Origin: Perkinsus chesapeaki ATCC PRA-425
Lineage: Eukaryota > Protista > Perkinsozoa
Assembly (NCBI GenBank): GCA_013115145.1
Contig: JAAPAO010000014.1
Location: 1-64,000 of the forward strand
Reading direction: 5' to 3'
DNA: 64,000 bases
Shown here: positions 1-11,564 of the stretch, in pieces
Layout of the letters: each line of letters begins with the position of its first letter
Numbering within the stretch: the stretch's first letter is position 1
Translations under genes and position numbers: made by a program
The notes under the pieces: generated by a model
What the model was told of the DNA's origin: nothing
What the model saw: only the letters and a program-made list of their open reading frames with translations
The model's database searches: none

Positions 1-768
1 ACTTCCCTAACAAAAACATGAATTTTGCGTGCATTTTTAAGCTGCGGTTTCTAAGAATGTGTCGCACCGATTTAGCACAAATTTTTCAATTACTCACTAC
101 TGACAAGGAGTTTGGCTCTAAAACTTGGAGGATATACTTATTTTGGCTAGGGAACATATCCTTGAGGTGATCGTTGATGAGTACACCTTAGTTGTTCTTA
201 AACCCTTGAAAAACACGAGTTGATAAGAATTTGACGCGCAGTGTATATAACTTAGTGCTTTGTTGCGTTATGACTAAAGGAACGGTAGAACACTGCAATG
301 CAGTGTCGATTGCCGCTTACCGATGTCGGGGAGTGAGGCCGAATTTTTTTATATCGTGCACAAACTCATTGACGAGAGATCGCAGGACTAATCTCATCAG
401 AGAAAGCGGCTCAGGGAGGATTCCTATTTGATGAAATTCGACCCGAACAAGTTCATATAAGTTTTCTTACTAATCTGTTACTCTTACTAGTCCGGTTCAT
501 GTTAAAATCAGTAAGTTTCAATGCACGCAAGCCTATTCAGAGAATGGAGACGAAAATGAAGCGGCTTGAGACGACTCGGAAAGAATATAATATCTCAATG
601 CTCATCCTAGCATAAATAGGAAGAATGGTGTTCATCACGTAATCTTAAAGTGACTAGGTGATTGAACTACTAAAGGTTCTTGAGTACCACGGTAGACTAG
701 CACGAGAGATGATAAGTTCACAGTTGCTCATCATCCAACCCACAAATGATAGCACTAAGAGCTGTTGT

Positions 769-2442
769 TCACTTCACATGAATCGGACCTGTTTTCCAAA
801 TTACGTAGCGTGGACTCCATGTATGCTGCCAAAATATAACATTCACCCAAAACAGGAGATCGAATCCAGAACTCCACTCCCAGGTTCCCATAAATATGTC
901 ATTAGTGGTTGTGGTAATATCCAGTCCAAGCCCAAATCCAACGACCAAGAATGACACGATGAGCATAACCGTACCCGAGATAGCGGTGTTTCTTCTCACC
1001 GTGGCCGTAATGGCACCTTGGAGTACCAGATCCCCAATATCACCAATAATAGGCAAGGCGACACCGGCGACGAGTGACATGCTAACACGAACGTCGATAA
1101 CACGCCCTTGTTGTGTAACATTTTGTACCCTGGCGCGACCGTCCATACAAATCCCAGCCCACAGCTCGATGCCCGAACCCAGCTTCCAAAGAACGACGCA
1201 GCCTTGAGCTTGCAGAGCCAGGTCGATATCTATCAAATTATTGTCGGTATCGAAATTGAGTTGAGCAATCAGCTGAAGCCAGAGAGTCCTTTTTGGGTCA
1301 TTGATATCAACAATCTTTAAACCAGCATTCACTGATAGATCGCGTATACCTCTGATAGCATCAGCAACTTCCACGAACAAACAATAATTGTACTTTTCCG
1401 GAGCCTCTTTGCACCCGGTAGGGTAAACTAGGTTGAGGAGGACTAGAAGTTGGCGTGGGCGATCAGCGTTGAAGTAAGCATATGCTGCCGTATCCTTTTC
1501 GATGGTAAAATAGTCTATATGATCTTTATCGATAGCATTTCCACGTAACTGCCTCACTTCAAGCCAGTTGCAGACTTTACCATTTTCAAAATATCTCCGG
1601 TTTTCCTCCGAGGTAGGATGAGGCACCATACTATTCATATAGAACTTACCAACAGGAGGAACGGAGTCAGAATTAGAGTCACGCAGCAGGCTTGTACTTC
1701 TGATCTCATAACGCTGGAGAATATCTTCTCTGATGCTGGCTGAGGGACCACCGAGAAGTTCACTGACCTCAAATTTGACGAACTCAGCCTGCTGATGTAG
1801 CTGATTCTTGCAAGTATTAACTGCATCTGATCTCACGGGATAGTCATTTTCATCTGTATAAAGATACCAACGATTAGGACCAACACCAGAGTGACACAGA
1901 GCGGAATGGTTGAACTTGGTCTCCTTGTCGAACTCTCCAACAGTTTTAGTCCATCTTTTCAAATCACGATTCTGCGTAGTCACATTCTTGTCGAAAACCC
2001 AGCCGTCGTGTAGGATAGCCTCTTCCGTCCACACGGCCTTGATCTGCGCCATGCTGGGATCAGCCTCACCATTAGCGAGTAGGATGGCTTGATTCTCGAG
2101 CAGCTGCTCAACCTGACTATGACTAGCAGTCTCAGTCGTCAAAAAGTATTGATAGGGATAGCTTGGCATTGCAGTAACAGTGTAACGGGCACCATCTTCC
2201 ACGGTTACTTCTTGAATCATCGATAATGTCTTGTAGTCCATTCCAGGCAGTACAAGACCTCTAGTCTCTTGGTCTGGGGATAACCAGCAAGGTAGAGCGT
2301 CCTTTCTGTGATCCTTGAGGCCAAGATCACAGTAGGTAGTAACATTGACGACGAAGCGAATGGAAGAACCATATATTTCAAGGGGCTTCACCCACACCAT
2401 GAAAAGGAAGTCGAGGAGCACACGAGGATGGTAAACTTTCAT
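769..2442 (-). CDS. Intronless hypothetical protein, probably secreted, with a beta-strand- and Trp-rich C-terminal third
   Basis: Uninterrupted ORF 769..2586. The likely start is the ATG at 2442 (MKVYHPRVLLDFLFMVWV, an imperfect hydrophobic leader). Several Cys and N-x-S/T sites; I recognise no family motif. Confidence 0.75.
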   Translation of the reverse strand: MKVYHPRVLLDFLFMVWVKPLEIYGSSIRFVVNVTTYCDLGLKDHRKDALPCWLSPDQETRGLVLPGMDYKTLSMIQEVTVEDGARYTVTAMPSYPYQYFLTTETASHSQVEQLLENQAILLANGEADPSMAQIKAVWTEEAILHDGWVFDKNVTTQNRDLKRWTKTVGEFDKETKFNHSALCHSGVGPNRWYLYTDENDYPVRSDAVNTCKNQLHQQAEFVKFEVSELLGGPSASIREDILQRYEIRSTSLLRDSNSDSVPPVGKFYMNSMVPHPTSEENRRYFENGKVCNWLEVRQLRGNAIDKDHIDYFTIEKDTAAYAYFNADRPRQLLVLLNLVYPTGCKEAPEKYNYCLFVEVADAIRGIRDLSVNAGLKIVDINDPKRTLWLQLIAQLNFDTDNNLIDIDLALQAQGCVVLWKLGSGIELWAGICMDGRARVQNVTQQGRVIDVRVSMSLVAGVALPIIGDIGDLVLQGAITATVRRNTAISGTVMLIVSFLVVGFGLGLDITTTTNDIFMGTWEWSSGFDLLFWVNVIFWQHTWSPRYVIWKTGPIHVK

Positions 2443-3654
2443 TGAAAGTAAGGGTAACAGCTGAAATAATAGGTATACTTGCTCTGCCATGGGGCTCGAG
2501 GATACAAAGAGGGTCTCCAGAAAGCTATCGCTACAGCCTGCCAGTTCGCTAAGAGCGCTGCGCCCCGAGTGGAATTCGGGTGTCACGTACGGTATCAGCG
2601 GTACGGTGCCCGTACTAGGCGGAAATATGTTAGGATCTATGGTCTGCTAGGTACTGCCTAGGATTTGAATCATGTGTTTATTCGACTTGGCTGCGAATGT
2701 CATGTTTATCCCACAACCCGACGACCCAAACTGGACCAGACACCATCACGGTGTCACCGCGCACCGGGCAATCTGCATGCTATGTGTGACGCCTTTGGAA
2801 CCGGCCCCGTTTGATTATCCAATTTTGATTATTGCACACACTTGGAATATTGGGGTCCTCATCAAAGCTCAAAGTCATCGAGGAAGCGTAATCGGCAAAA
2901 CGGTATGGACACGTGAAATTGGGGTGACAAAAGCGAGCAACCACCTCGGCGAAATTCCGTAAGCTCAGGGTTACCTGGAATTGTCAAAGCCATGATGTGG
3001 TCTACACTTGCAGTCCATATTCACAAGGAAGCTCACTATGAAGCAATAGTCGCCTGACAAAACGAACTTCCTCACGAGCGATGCATTCTTCCCTTCGAAA
3101 GGTTTACATTGCTCTGCGCTTCGCAAATTGTATGCAGACCTGTTTGATACCGAGAGTGGGAGCCTACTTAGCTATCGACGCGGAGCAGCAACCCACTATG
3201 TCTCGTTTAGTGTGGTTCATCTCTCAAAACAAAGATCTAGGGTGGAGGCTTGATGCTAGTACTGCAATCCGTGGTAAGCTCCTTCACTTGAACATCTCGT
3301 TCAGCATGTGGCAACATTGCCGTACTCTGTACAGTACGGACCAATCCAGTGTACGTTGTACAGAAACCTCGCCTCAAAGCTGTGGGAATACCACATACTC
3401 ACCGAAAGCTGCTTAGAAATAACTGGAACATTTCAGTACTTCAATTCTTGCAAGTAACCTCAAGGTAACTTATCACTTTGGCACTCGTGTTTCGTAGGAA
3501 AGCGAACTTCTAACGTCAACCCGATTTTCCGTTTTTTTCGACTTTCCACCACTCCACTCCGATCGTAGCCGTACAATGACATTGCTATACGACTATCTCT
3601 GACGCTCCCGGAAAAAGGTCTAATCTCGCGAGATGCTTCATAGTTCGTACCTAT

Positions 3655-3800
3655 CAATAGAATATAATATTATTAACAATTAAATAAATACATTATAAAC
3701 TAATACAATATATGATAAATTAGCCATATTAAATAATTAGATATAAATAAGTTAATCATATTATAACTATTCTTATATAAATATACAATCAAATATACAG
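3655..3800. other. Extremely AT-rich low-complexity island
   Basis: About 145 nt almost entirely A/T (aatataatattattaacaattaaataaatac...), with abrupt edges against mixed-composition flanks. Confidence 0.85.
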
Positions 3801-4477
3801 TTTCGGCCGAGTTAGCTCATCACGGGCTTGACGTTATCCGCGATTGATACGCAGTCATTTGATCTGCTCTCTAAGGGAGCTTCTTTTCTGCCTCATCGTC
3901 AAGTACAAATTGCCACAGAACACGCACAGTTAGCTCTCACCAGCCTCTGTGCGGGCGGAATTCTAACTGTCTATGGTTCACTGGGACTTTCCCATCCGCT
4001 GGGTGCCAGTCTGAGGGATGGCCTCGAGTCTAACTGCTCCGCTGGTAAGGCTAATAACTTTCGAGTTCATAACGCGGTTCTAGCCCGAGCTAAGCTTACA
4101 TCTCGAGTGAGCAAGGCAAGTGTGGATTTAGTACTGATAGATATCCACCTCGCTACTACTGTATTTTGTATTCTGTGTACTTGATTTTGTAAGTATTTCT
4201 TGACGAGTATGATACTTTGCAGCGGACAGTAGTATCACCAGTCACCTTGCCAGTCTGCTTTAGTTATATTCAGTGGCTCTGTCGCCGCTTCCCTCTCTCA
4301 GAGAGGCTCTCTGAGGGATCACTAGGTAGCATTGATTCAGCTGGGGGAAGTATCAGTTGTGTTAGATCAAATAACGGGACTCTGAAGGAAGGTCGAATGA
4401 ACCTTAACACCTTGACCATATGAAGAATTTGCGTTACCCAAGTTTCGTGTAACTGATTTGGATCACATTTTTGAATG

Positions 4478-4750
4478 GTGGCTTACCATTGGTAAGATAT
4501 GGTGGTAACAGGGGAAGTGAAGTGGAATTCGCGTTAGGCGACTTAATGGGTTCACGTGTGGCTTCCCCTGTGCGGTAAGCGGTTACCGCTAGCAATATAA
4601 GTGGCTAGCGCGACTCTATGTGGCTTACCAATGGTAAAGCCACATAGAATGCGAGAGTATGCACTAATTACATAGCGTTAGGAATATACTTTCATGTGTG
4701 GTCTTCACTAAAGTGATTATCATGGACTGAGAATGTGACTCTATGTGGCT
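4478..4750. repeat. Cluster of short inverted and direct repeats
   Basis: Stems: cttacc/ggtaag (~4482-4496), acaggggaag 4508-4517 / cttcccctgt 4562-4571, gcggtaa/ttaccgc 4572-4589, cgctagc/gctagcg 4587-4610, tctatgtggctt/aagccacataga ~4615-4648. gactctatgtggctt occurs at ~4612 and ~4737. Confidence 0.75.
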
Positions 4751-5111
4751 TTCATTTTTAAGGTAGTTCACAGAGTTGATGTTGCTTCAACGATGCGAAC
4801 TGCCCAAGTTTGTGAATCGTATTAGCTTGCACATCATAAGCTAGCGGCGGTAGTCTACCGCTATGGGCGATGAGTATCGTCCGGTCGCTCCAATTTCGAA
4901 CCTCTGAGTTTCAATGGTGAAATACTCCAACACCTTTGACTGTGCATCACACGGCAAGCGCTAACTTAAGCAACACCACAATGTGCTTGAGTACCGTAAA
5001 GGAAGCTAGCTTACTAGTCTCTACACATCATCAGTCCATGTCATGCTACTATTAAAAACACGATGCAGCACAGAAGAGCCGTCGTTATTGTGTACCTCCT
5101 GCAGGAGAATG

Positions 5112-7470
5112 TCAGTGCATAGATTGCCGAGCCCCGGAGACACCGAGAGCTGGTGTAGCTGAAAGAGACGACTGGGAACTAGAAATTACATGAAGAATGC
5201 CCTCCGCAGTCCTCGCAGTTTCGAAATATAAAAAAAGCAAAACGAACACACCATACTTAACAAACGTATTTGAGAAGGGAGGGAACATATGCGGGATCCC
5301 CATTCAAAAGATCACCAGTTTCTCTGCCGTCTCGTCCCAGTCGTTCCAGAACCACGAAATAGTGCTCAGACGAAAATTGGAGTCTCTAATGCATTGGATA
5401 AAGATGCAAATCGCTTCGGCACAGAGAGAGTTGCGGTTCAAGTTGAGCGCCACCATGGCACAGTGTGGCTTAGAGACTGCGTGACAGAACTGCTGGATCT
5501 CTGAGGTTTCCATCATCTCGCCTGCCAAAGGGAGGGGGTATCAAAAACGTAAGCATAGAGAGAGTATGAACCCGAAAAACGGACCAGACTAGGAACGTAT
5601 GCGAAGGAGCTCAAAACAGCCCCTCACTGTACGAGTCTTAGAACTTTATGGAGGTGATAATATTAACCAGTGCAGGAGCTATCCTAACGCCCAGTAAATG
5701 GCCGATCGCCACCGCAGGTAACCATCTCACCTATGCCGTTTGCCTCCAAATTGAGGTGTGTTATCCTACAGCAGCCGGAATTTATGAACTTAGTCAACGC
5801 TCGGATACCTTGCCATTTGACATGGTTGCACCTACGGAGTGCAATGGTTGAGCATCGAAATATCTATAGTTCGACACCAGTGTCGAGTCTCGAACTTCAA
5901 GAACCGCCGACTGCTCCTTCGCTGCTCACCTCAAGTCAAGTACTGAGATCTGGTTCGACGGGTTTCTCGAGAGGGCCTCCAAGAGAAGTTCAAGAGCGTC
6001 GTCCTTAATTCGCATTTTCCCAAGGTGTCTGAAGTATCCAAATTAATCAGCTACTAGCGTAATATATGTCAGCACGGTCCGTGCTGTACGGAGCAACTCC
6101 TCTGACAGGAGCGACAGCTCTCACACTGACATGGCTACAGATGCCCCACACGTACAGGCTCCTCAGTGTCGTATTGTTTAGGAGCATACGCGCCATGTGC
6201 TCGAAGAGAAGTAACGAGTTGGTATGATTCTCCAATCGTGGATTAGATATATCTAACTTCTCTAGGCAGACTGGTTGGCCATTGGCCCGTAGGGGATCCA
6301 TCATATTAATTATATCATGGATGGCATCATAGCCCAAGTCGCACGAACCCAGTGAGAGCCTCCTTAAACCTGATGCAGGGACTATTCGGGCCATCTAAAG
6401 GTTATAGAGTACGACAGAGGTTACACAACGAAGTAATATCAGTTAAGAGCCGAGTAAACGACGACACTTCTTAGCTTATCCATGACGAACTGTTGACTTG
6501 TGGCATGAGACTCATGCAAAACCCATAGTCCCTAGCTAAGTCTCAATTCTACCTAGCCGATAAGTTCAAGCAAAGGGAACATACCAGCTTTGAAAATGTT
6601 AGGTTCATCCGACGTAGAGTTCTGAGAGTTCATTGAACGCAGCCACCTAAGAGCTGTTGATGATCTGCGAGAGCCGCATGTACTTTGCAATAGCGACCCC
6701 GGCGTCTGTTCCAATAGCATTGTCGCTCAAATCGAGCTCTCCCAACTCGCATTGTGAGTTTCTAAGAGGTACACGTGAGACGGGGTTTGATCATGAAAGC
6801 AGCAGGAAGGCACCTACTTGATAGCTTCCAATACCTTGAAAGCTCCATCCTTGCCGAGCAGGCACCCACGAAGCCTGATTAACCGTGTATTACCTACAGA
6901 TCGATTGGGACATTATGCGACGTAACACACAACAACGCACGTGTGATGAGAGATGCGACGGCCGTGCAGCCATCATCCTTGATGGGATTGTGTGACAAAT
7001 CAATAAATCCCACACTCGTGCTTGATTTCTGCAGCGCTTGGCATATCAGGAGACATTGAATGTCAGAAAGCTTGTCGCCATGTTCACGCTGGTCACCTAG
7101 AACAATGCCAGAGACGCAGAGCGCCAAATATGGACAAACCGAGCGTGCGAAAGGGGATATTCCCAGCGATAAATTATCACTAATACGTGTGGCTTCCAAC
7201 CCCACGAATAGCTGACTCCGGAATCTACAATTTATCTCACCTCGGAATCTCAGTGTTATGTCACTGTCGGTATGGCCTTCACAGGAAGTTTCAATCGCAT
7301 CGTTCACCGATTTCAGAACTGGCAGGTTATTCTCTCTACAGAGTTCGTGGTATCTTCATAGACATGATGGATATAGGAGTGGGATATATTCAGGGCTACA
7401 TGGAAAGCGGGTTTGATTGATCAAACTGGTTATCACGGTCCAAGGCCGGACCATCACCCGTCGTTGCAGT
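5112..7470 (-). CDS. Multi-exon RNI-like leucine-rich repeat protein, resembling LRRC34
   Basis: Exon translations contain RI-type LRR units: VGFIDLSHNPIKDDGCTAVASLI, LRRLSLGSCDLGYDAI, LEKLDISNPRL, MVALNLNRNSLCAEAI. GT-AG introns lie between them. Start and stop exons are not resolved. Confidence 0.7.
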
Positions 7471-7880
7471 GTCTATTGTTTCTGAGATACGAACTATAGA
7501 GCCCCCGTTAGAGTCGGTGTGTAATCAACTGACCTTCAGCGTTATCGCCCTGAGTACTTACACCTTCTACAGTGAGAAGGGAGGGATCAGCTGGTGCCTT
7601 TTCAGGGGGGATCTCAGGAGACTGATCCGACATTTATACTTGAAATCCCAATGCTGCGTAGTAATGTTAATACGAATTCTTCGGTCTGGCCTGGCCTTGC
7701 AACTTGCAAGTCAGACACCTAGGCTAGCAGTTCGATGAACCGTAATATCGAACACAGAATGTTGTTGTGTAGGTACAGGTCCGACACCTAAGTCGCGCAG
7801 CTGAGCTGTTACTGATGTAGGTTTGCAGCGAATGTACCTATTCGAATTGTTGAGCCAGTTCAAAGCTCTCTTGGTCCCTA

Positions 7881-7910
7881 CTAGGGACTCCCTAGGGACT
7901 CCCTAGGGAG
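7881..7910. repeat. Short 11-bp tandem repeat (ctagggactcc, about 2.7 copies)
   Basis: ctagggactcc ctagggactcc ctagggag, containing the palindrome ctccctagggag. Confidence 0.8.
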
Positions 7911-8078
7911 CGGCGACTGACCGATCCATCAACGAGGGGCGCAGCGATATCAAGCAACATGAGACGGCCTCTTCAATGATACAGCTCGTCATGGAGAGAT
8001 TTTGACACAGAGTTTAGCACGGACGAAACAGCTTCTGAAGCGCATGGCGGCAGACATCATTATCAGGCTCAGCTTAAC

Positions 8079-10672
8079 TTATAGCCCGACGGCAGACTTA
8101 TAAGATTCGCTACGCTCTTGGTGATGGGCTACTGCATGGAAACCATTGAGAATTCCATCTACGCTTGTGGCGTTAAGAATGGCCTCGGCCACAGCAGGGC
8201 ACTCTCGCGCAAGCTCATCGACAACCTAAAAATCAAACAGCATCTCGGCGAACTAGAACTAGTGATTATTAGCATAGCAGTGCTTACCAGCAAGAATATC
8301 CATTTACCAACGCCATTTCCATGCCAGGCTACAGGTAGCCTATATTCGCTACCGCTAAGCCTTCGGCGGATTTCGCAGCCCCGAATATCATAGAGCCCGA
8401 GGGTTTCATTGAAGAGGCCAAAGTCGTCGCTGATAGTGCAGCATGGCTGTTGTGCACAAGGGGGCTTCCAGCCGTCCGGACATGCCACTGGGACGGTTTC
8501 GATAAAGTTACCGAACATGACTTGGTGATAATCTAATGCAATCAGCTGAGAGTGGCTCCAGTAATACTCGAAGAAAAGCCTTTGATCGGATTTGAAGTCC
8601 GAAGAATTGGCGAAGTTGATGACCCAGATAAGCATACTTATCAATGCTGACCTCTCCCCAATATAGGCACCAGCATTGAGGAAGCGACTGTTCGTTGGAG
8701 CTTTGGGAAATCGACCGATTTCTTCCTCGTTGCATTCATTCGCCCCGCCCCAGCCACATAGCTGTTCGGTCGACATGACAATGGGTTTGTCGAATGCGGC
8801 GAAAAGTCTTTTGATGTACTCATCAGGAGCGAACTCTTTGCCATTAGAGACAGAAGCTAAGTCGTTGAATACAACGTCCATGCCATCAACCATCATATAT
8901 AAGGTATCATCTGGAGGTTGAGCTTCCAGATAGTTCAGATAGGATTTCACCCGCACATTCATACCACTCCACTGCGCGCCACTCAGTTCAGCACATGTAT
9001 TGATGATATCAATAGGGGACGTCACTTGAACTAACCGAAATACGGGCAGATCAGCTACTGTCTGGTCCTGATCGGTCACACAGGTCACAGCTTTCACAGC
9101 GCCCTTCTGCCGAAATAACGGTTGCGGCCGCGGTTTCCGCAGGGTCTGCTGTAGGCGGACATACCACCAAGTTTGCATATGCAGGAACGAGGACTGTAGC
9201 TTCGCCGCAAAGGCTCGGGCCTCCTTAAGGTCGCGCTCAAGCTGTGATGATTCCTCCTGCGTACTGCTAGTCTTCGAAGTATCTTTCCCGTTCAACAAGA
9301 TACGCGTGGCATCACTGGTCCCTTCCATGATATTGGCGTCCGCATCAAATCCACGTTTCCCGTGTATTATAGGGTAGGCTCGTCGGGCGATGTAGTCCGC
9401 AATTGGTTTCTTGTATTCACTGTTCTTTACTTCAGGTGTTAACCAAAGATATTCTTGAATGACTGTACGGTCTAGGAAGGGGTACCGGGCTTCTATGCCG
9501 AAAGCACCCGCCACCATTTCTTCTTTCATCAAGTAATCACGTTGCGTTCCCATAAAGAAGGACTGCCAAGGGAATATGTCCCCAAGACTATCCGGGAACA
9601 GTCCACCAAAATCGCTGTGGGGGAAAATGCGGGTACCATTGAAACCATAGTCGCTAATGGTTTCATCTGCACCCGTGCCGCTTAAGTACAGAGAACGCCC
9701 CTCTTCCCGAGCTAGTTCACATATAAACGCCAACCCAGAGGCCGCCGGATCATCACCCATCATACCGATTCTCCCCCTTTGTGAGTATCTAAATGGTTCG
9801 CCACGCTCTTGCAAAATGCTATGGCTATTATCCAGCTCTCGCTCCGTTAGGATAAAGAGGCTGGAGTCTGATACGTTTCGACTGTATTGTGCTCGAGCTT
9901 CTAGAATAGCCAAATCCTCTTGAGAGAAGATTGAATAAGCTGCATGTGGCAAGCCGATGCTCACCAAAGCAGCTTGAATGGCGCCACTATCATAGCCGCT
10001 GGAAAGGCCTAGGAAGGCTGTCCCGGCTCTCGCATAACGGACCCGTTTTTGAACGGCGGCAGTGAAGGCACGATCCCAGCTCAACGTGTCCGTTTTGAAC
10101 TGCCGCAAGTCGAACTCGAACGTTGGACCCAGATATCTCTCATGGCATCCACCTTGTAACGATATCTCAAGGACAGTGTTGGGAAGGACTTGGCGTGAGT
10201 CCAGCTCTAGATGTGTCAGAGAGGATTGGTAAGTAGCCACATGAACTCCACGAGAGTCACATGCATAACTTAGCGGTTTTGTACCGAAAGGATCGGAGGC
10301 GAGCACAACGACTGCTCTTGAGAAGTCGTAAATAGCTATGGCGAACTCGCCGTCAAGAAGTCTGGCGAATAAAGGTGCACCATACGTTTTATAGAGCGAG
10401 AGTAGAATCTCCCCATCACTGAGGCATGCGGGACACAAGTCTTTATAGTTATAGATCTCGCCGTTGAACACCGCCGCTATGGCCTGATCATCTGATAGGA
10501 ATGGCTGCCGCGTTAGAGGTCCAGTCATATGGAGAAGGTCGTGAATGAAGACATAATCGCCGATCCGGACCTCCGAATGATGGTCGGGGCCTCTGTAACG
10601 TTGACGCTCAGATACTTGAGAAAGATCAAATATCAAGGATAGAGTGGCAGCCACGACCAGGAAGCTGCACAT
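8079..10672 (-). CDS. Asparagine-synthetase-like (class II glutamine amidotransferase + ATP-PPase) protein fused to a PLOD/LH3-type GT-A glycosyltransferase domain
   Basis: N-terminal MC (Ntn nucleophile), RGPD, FNGEIYNY, SDGE, LDGEFA, DPFGTKPL, PP-loop LSSGYDSG, SGTGADE, EARYPFLD. C-terminal domain: VDGMDVVF (DxD), STEQLC, FLNAGAYIG, SDQRLF, WHGNG. One predicted 62-nt intron 8226..8287 (GTAAG...TTTTTAG) gives a last exon VVDELARECPAVAEAIL... with TAA at 8079-8081. Confidence 0.85.
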
Positions 10673-11275
10673 TGATATCGACTCTGCACATAAATAGCTG
10701 CGAGCGGATCAGTAATCGTTCCTCAGTAAACTCCGTACGAAAGCCTATTCAACCTGGCTGGAGCCTTCCCGCTCCAACGGTTGAAATTCAACTCGATTCC
10801 GCAGGAACAATATTGATCGAGCAGTTTCCGTGAATTCAATTTCGTCACTATTGGAGCACGCATTGGTTTCCATGGCAAGCTCTTGTGACGCGTCTCTAGG
10901 ATAGAAAGTTGAGGGCTTCCCTTCTAAGGATGGGGTGAAATTTAGTGTGCCTACTTGTTCTGCATGTTAGCAACTCAACTCAACATCGTTACTTTCAAGA
11001 AGGATCGAATCGCAACGCAATCGCAGGCTTCATGTAGTATGCATAAAAGTCTCAGTTGTGTGCTCAAACTTAACTGAACAAACTGACACGATACTCGATA
11101 TCTCCTGATCACGACGTTGTGGGTATGGCCCGGAGTTAATGCGGCTTCGTACCTCTGAGTTTCAAGGCGAAAGCTATCTCGGAACAAACTGACGATTTGC
11201 TTTCCCTCATGAAGATCGGGCGTGGCTCTCGTTTCAGCGACACTGGTTCTTTAGGGCTCTCAGTGAGACCAAACT

Positions 11276-11564
11276 ATGTTCAGTTAGCCTTGCTTTCTCA
11301 TCCGCGATAACCTATTGTGTGTTACCTTATTGGCAGCTGAAGACTCTCATGCTCTCGATGGCGCTCCTCGGCAGTCCCAAACTGGGCCGCCGTAAAAAGC
11401 CTCTGGACTGTGCCTATAGGAAGCACACGTCTTACATGACGGCCATAAATCTTCGAAAAGCTTCGCGAAGACTAGCTAATACTCGAGCTTCAAAGCAAGA
11501 AGTCACCGTGGCACTCATCGACACTGGTGTGAATTGCGATCATCCCGACACTAGAATCTGTTGA
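11276..11564 (+). pseudogene. Truncated subtilisin (S8) paralog fragment
   Basis: HTSYMTAINLRKASRRL...EVTVALIDTGVNCDHPD matches the adjacent gene (QTKYLSAIKIPDAWQRL...EVGVAVIDTGVNCDYPD). It stops immediately afterwards and the leader region is disrupted. Confidence 0.8.

Noticed and set aside
2443-2586. N-terminal extensions of long ORFs (also 43320-43376, 48163-48201, 50566-50715)
   Set aside because: They start at non-ATG codons or lie upstream of a Met that begins a signal-peptide-like leader.
3828-4423. Protein-coding gene or retroelement gag remnant
   Set aside because: Short plus ORFs have no motif, and minus frames have multiple stops; no recognisable domain.
8159-8287. C-terminal ~43 aa of the 837-aa ORF as listed in the ORF track
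   Set aside because: Better explained as readthrough into a 62-nt GT-AG intron; splicing gives a more protein-like last exon ending at 8079.
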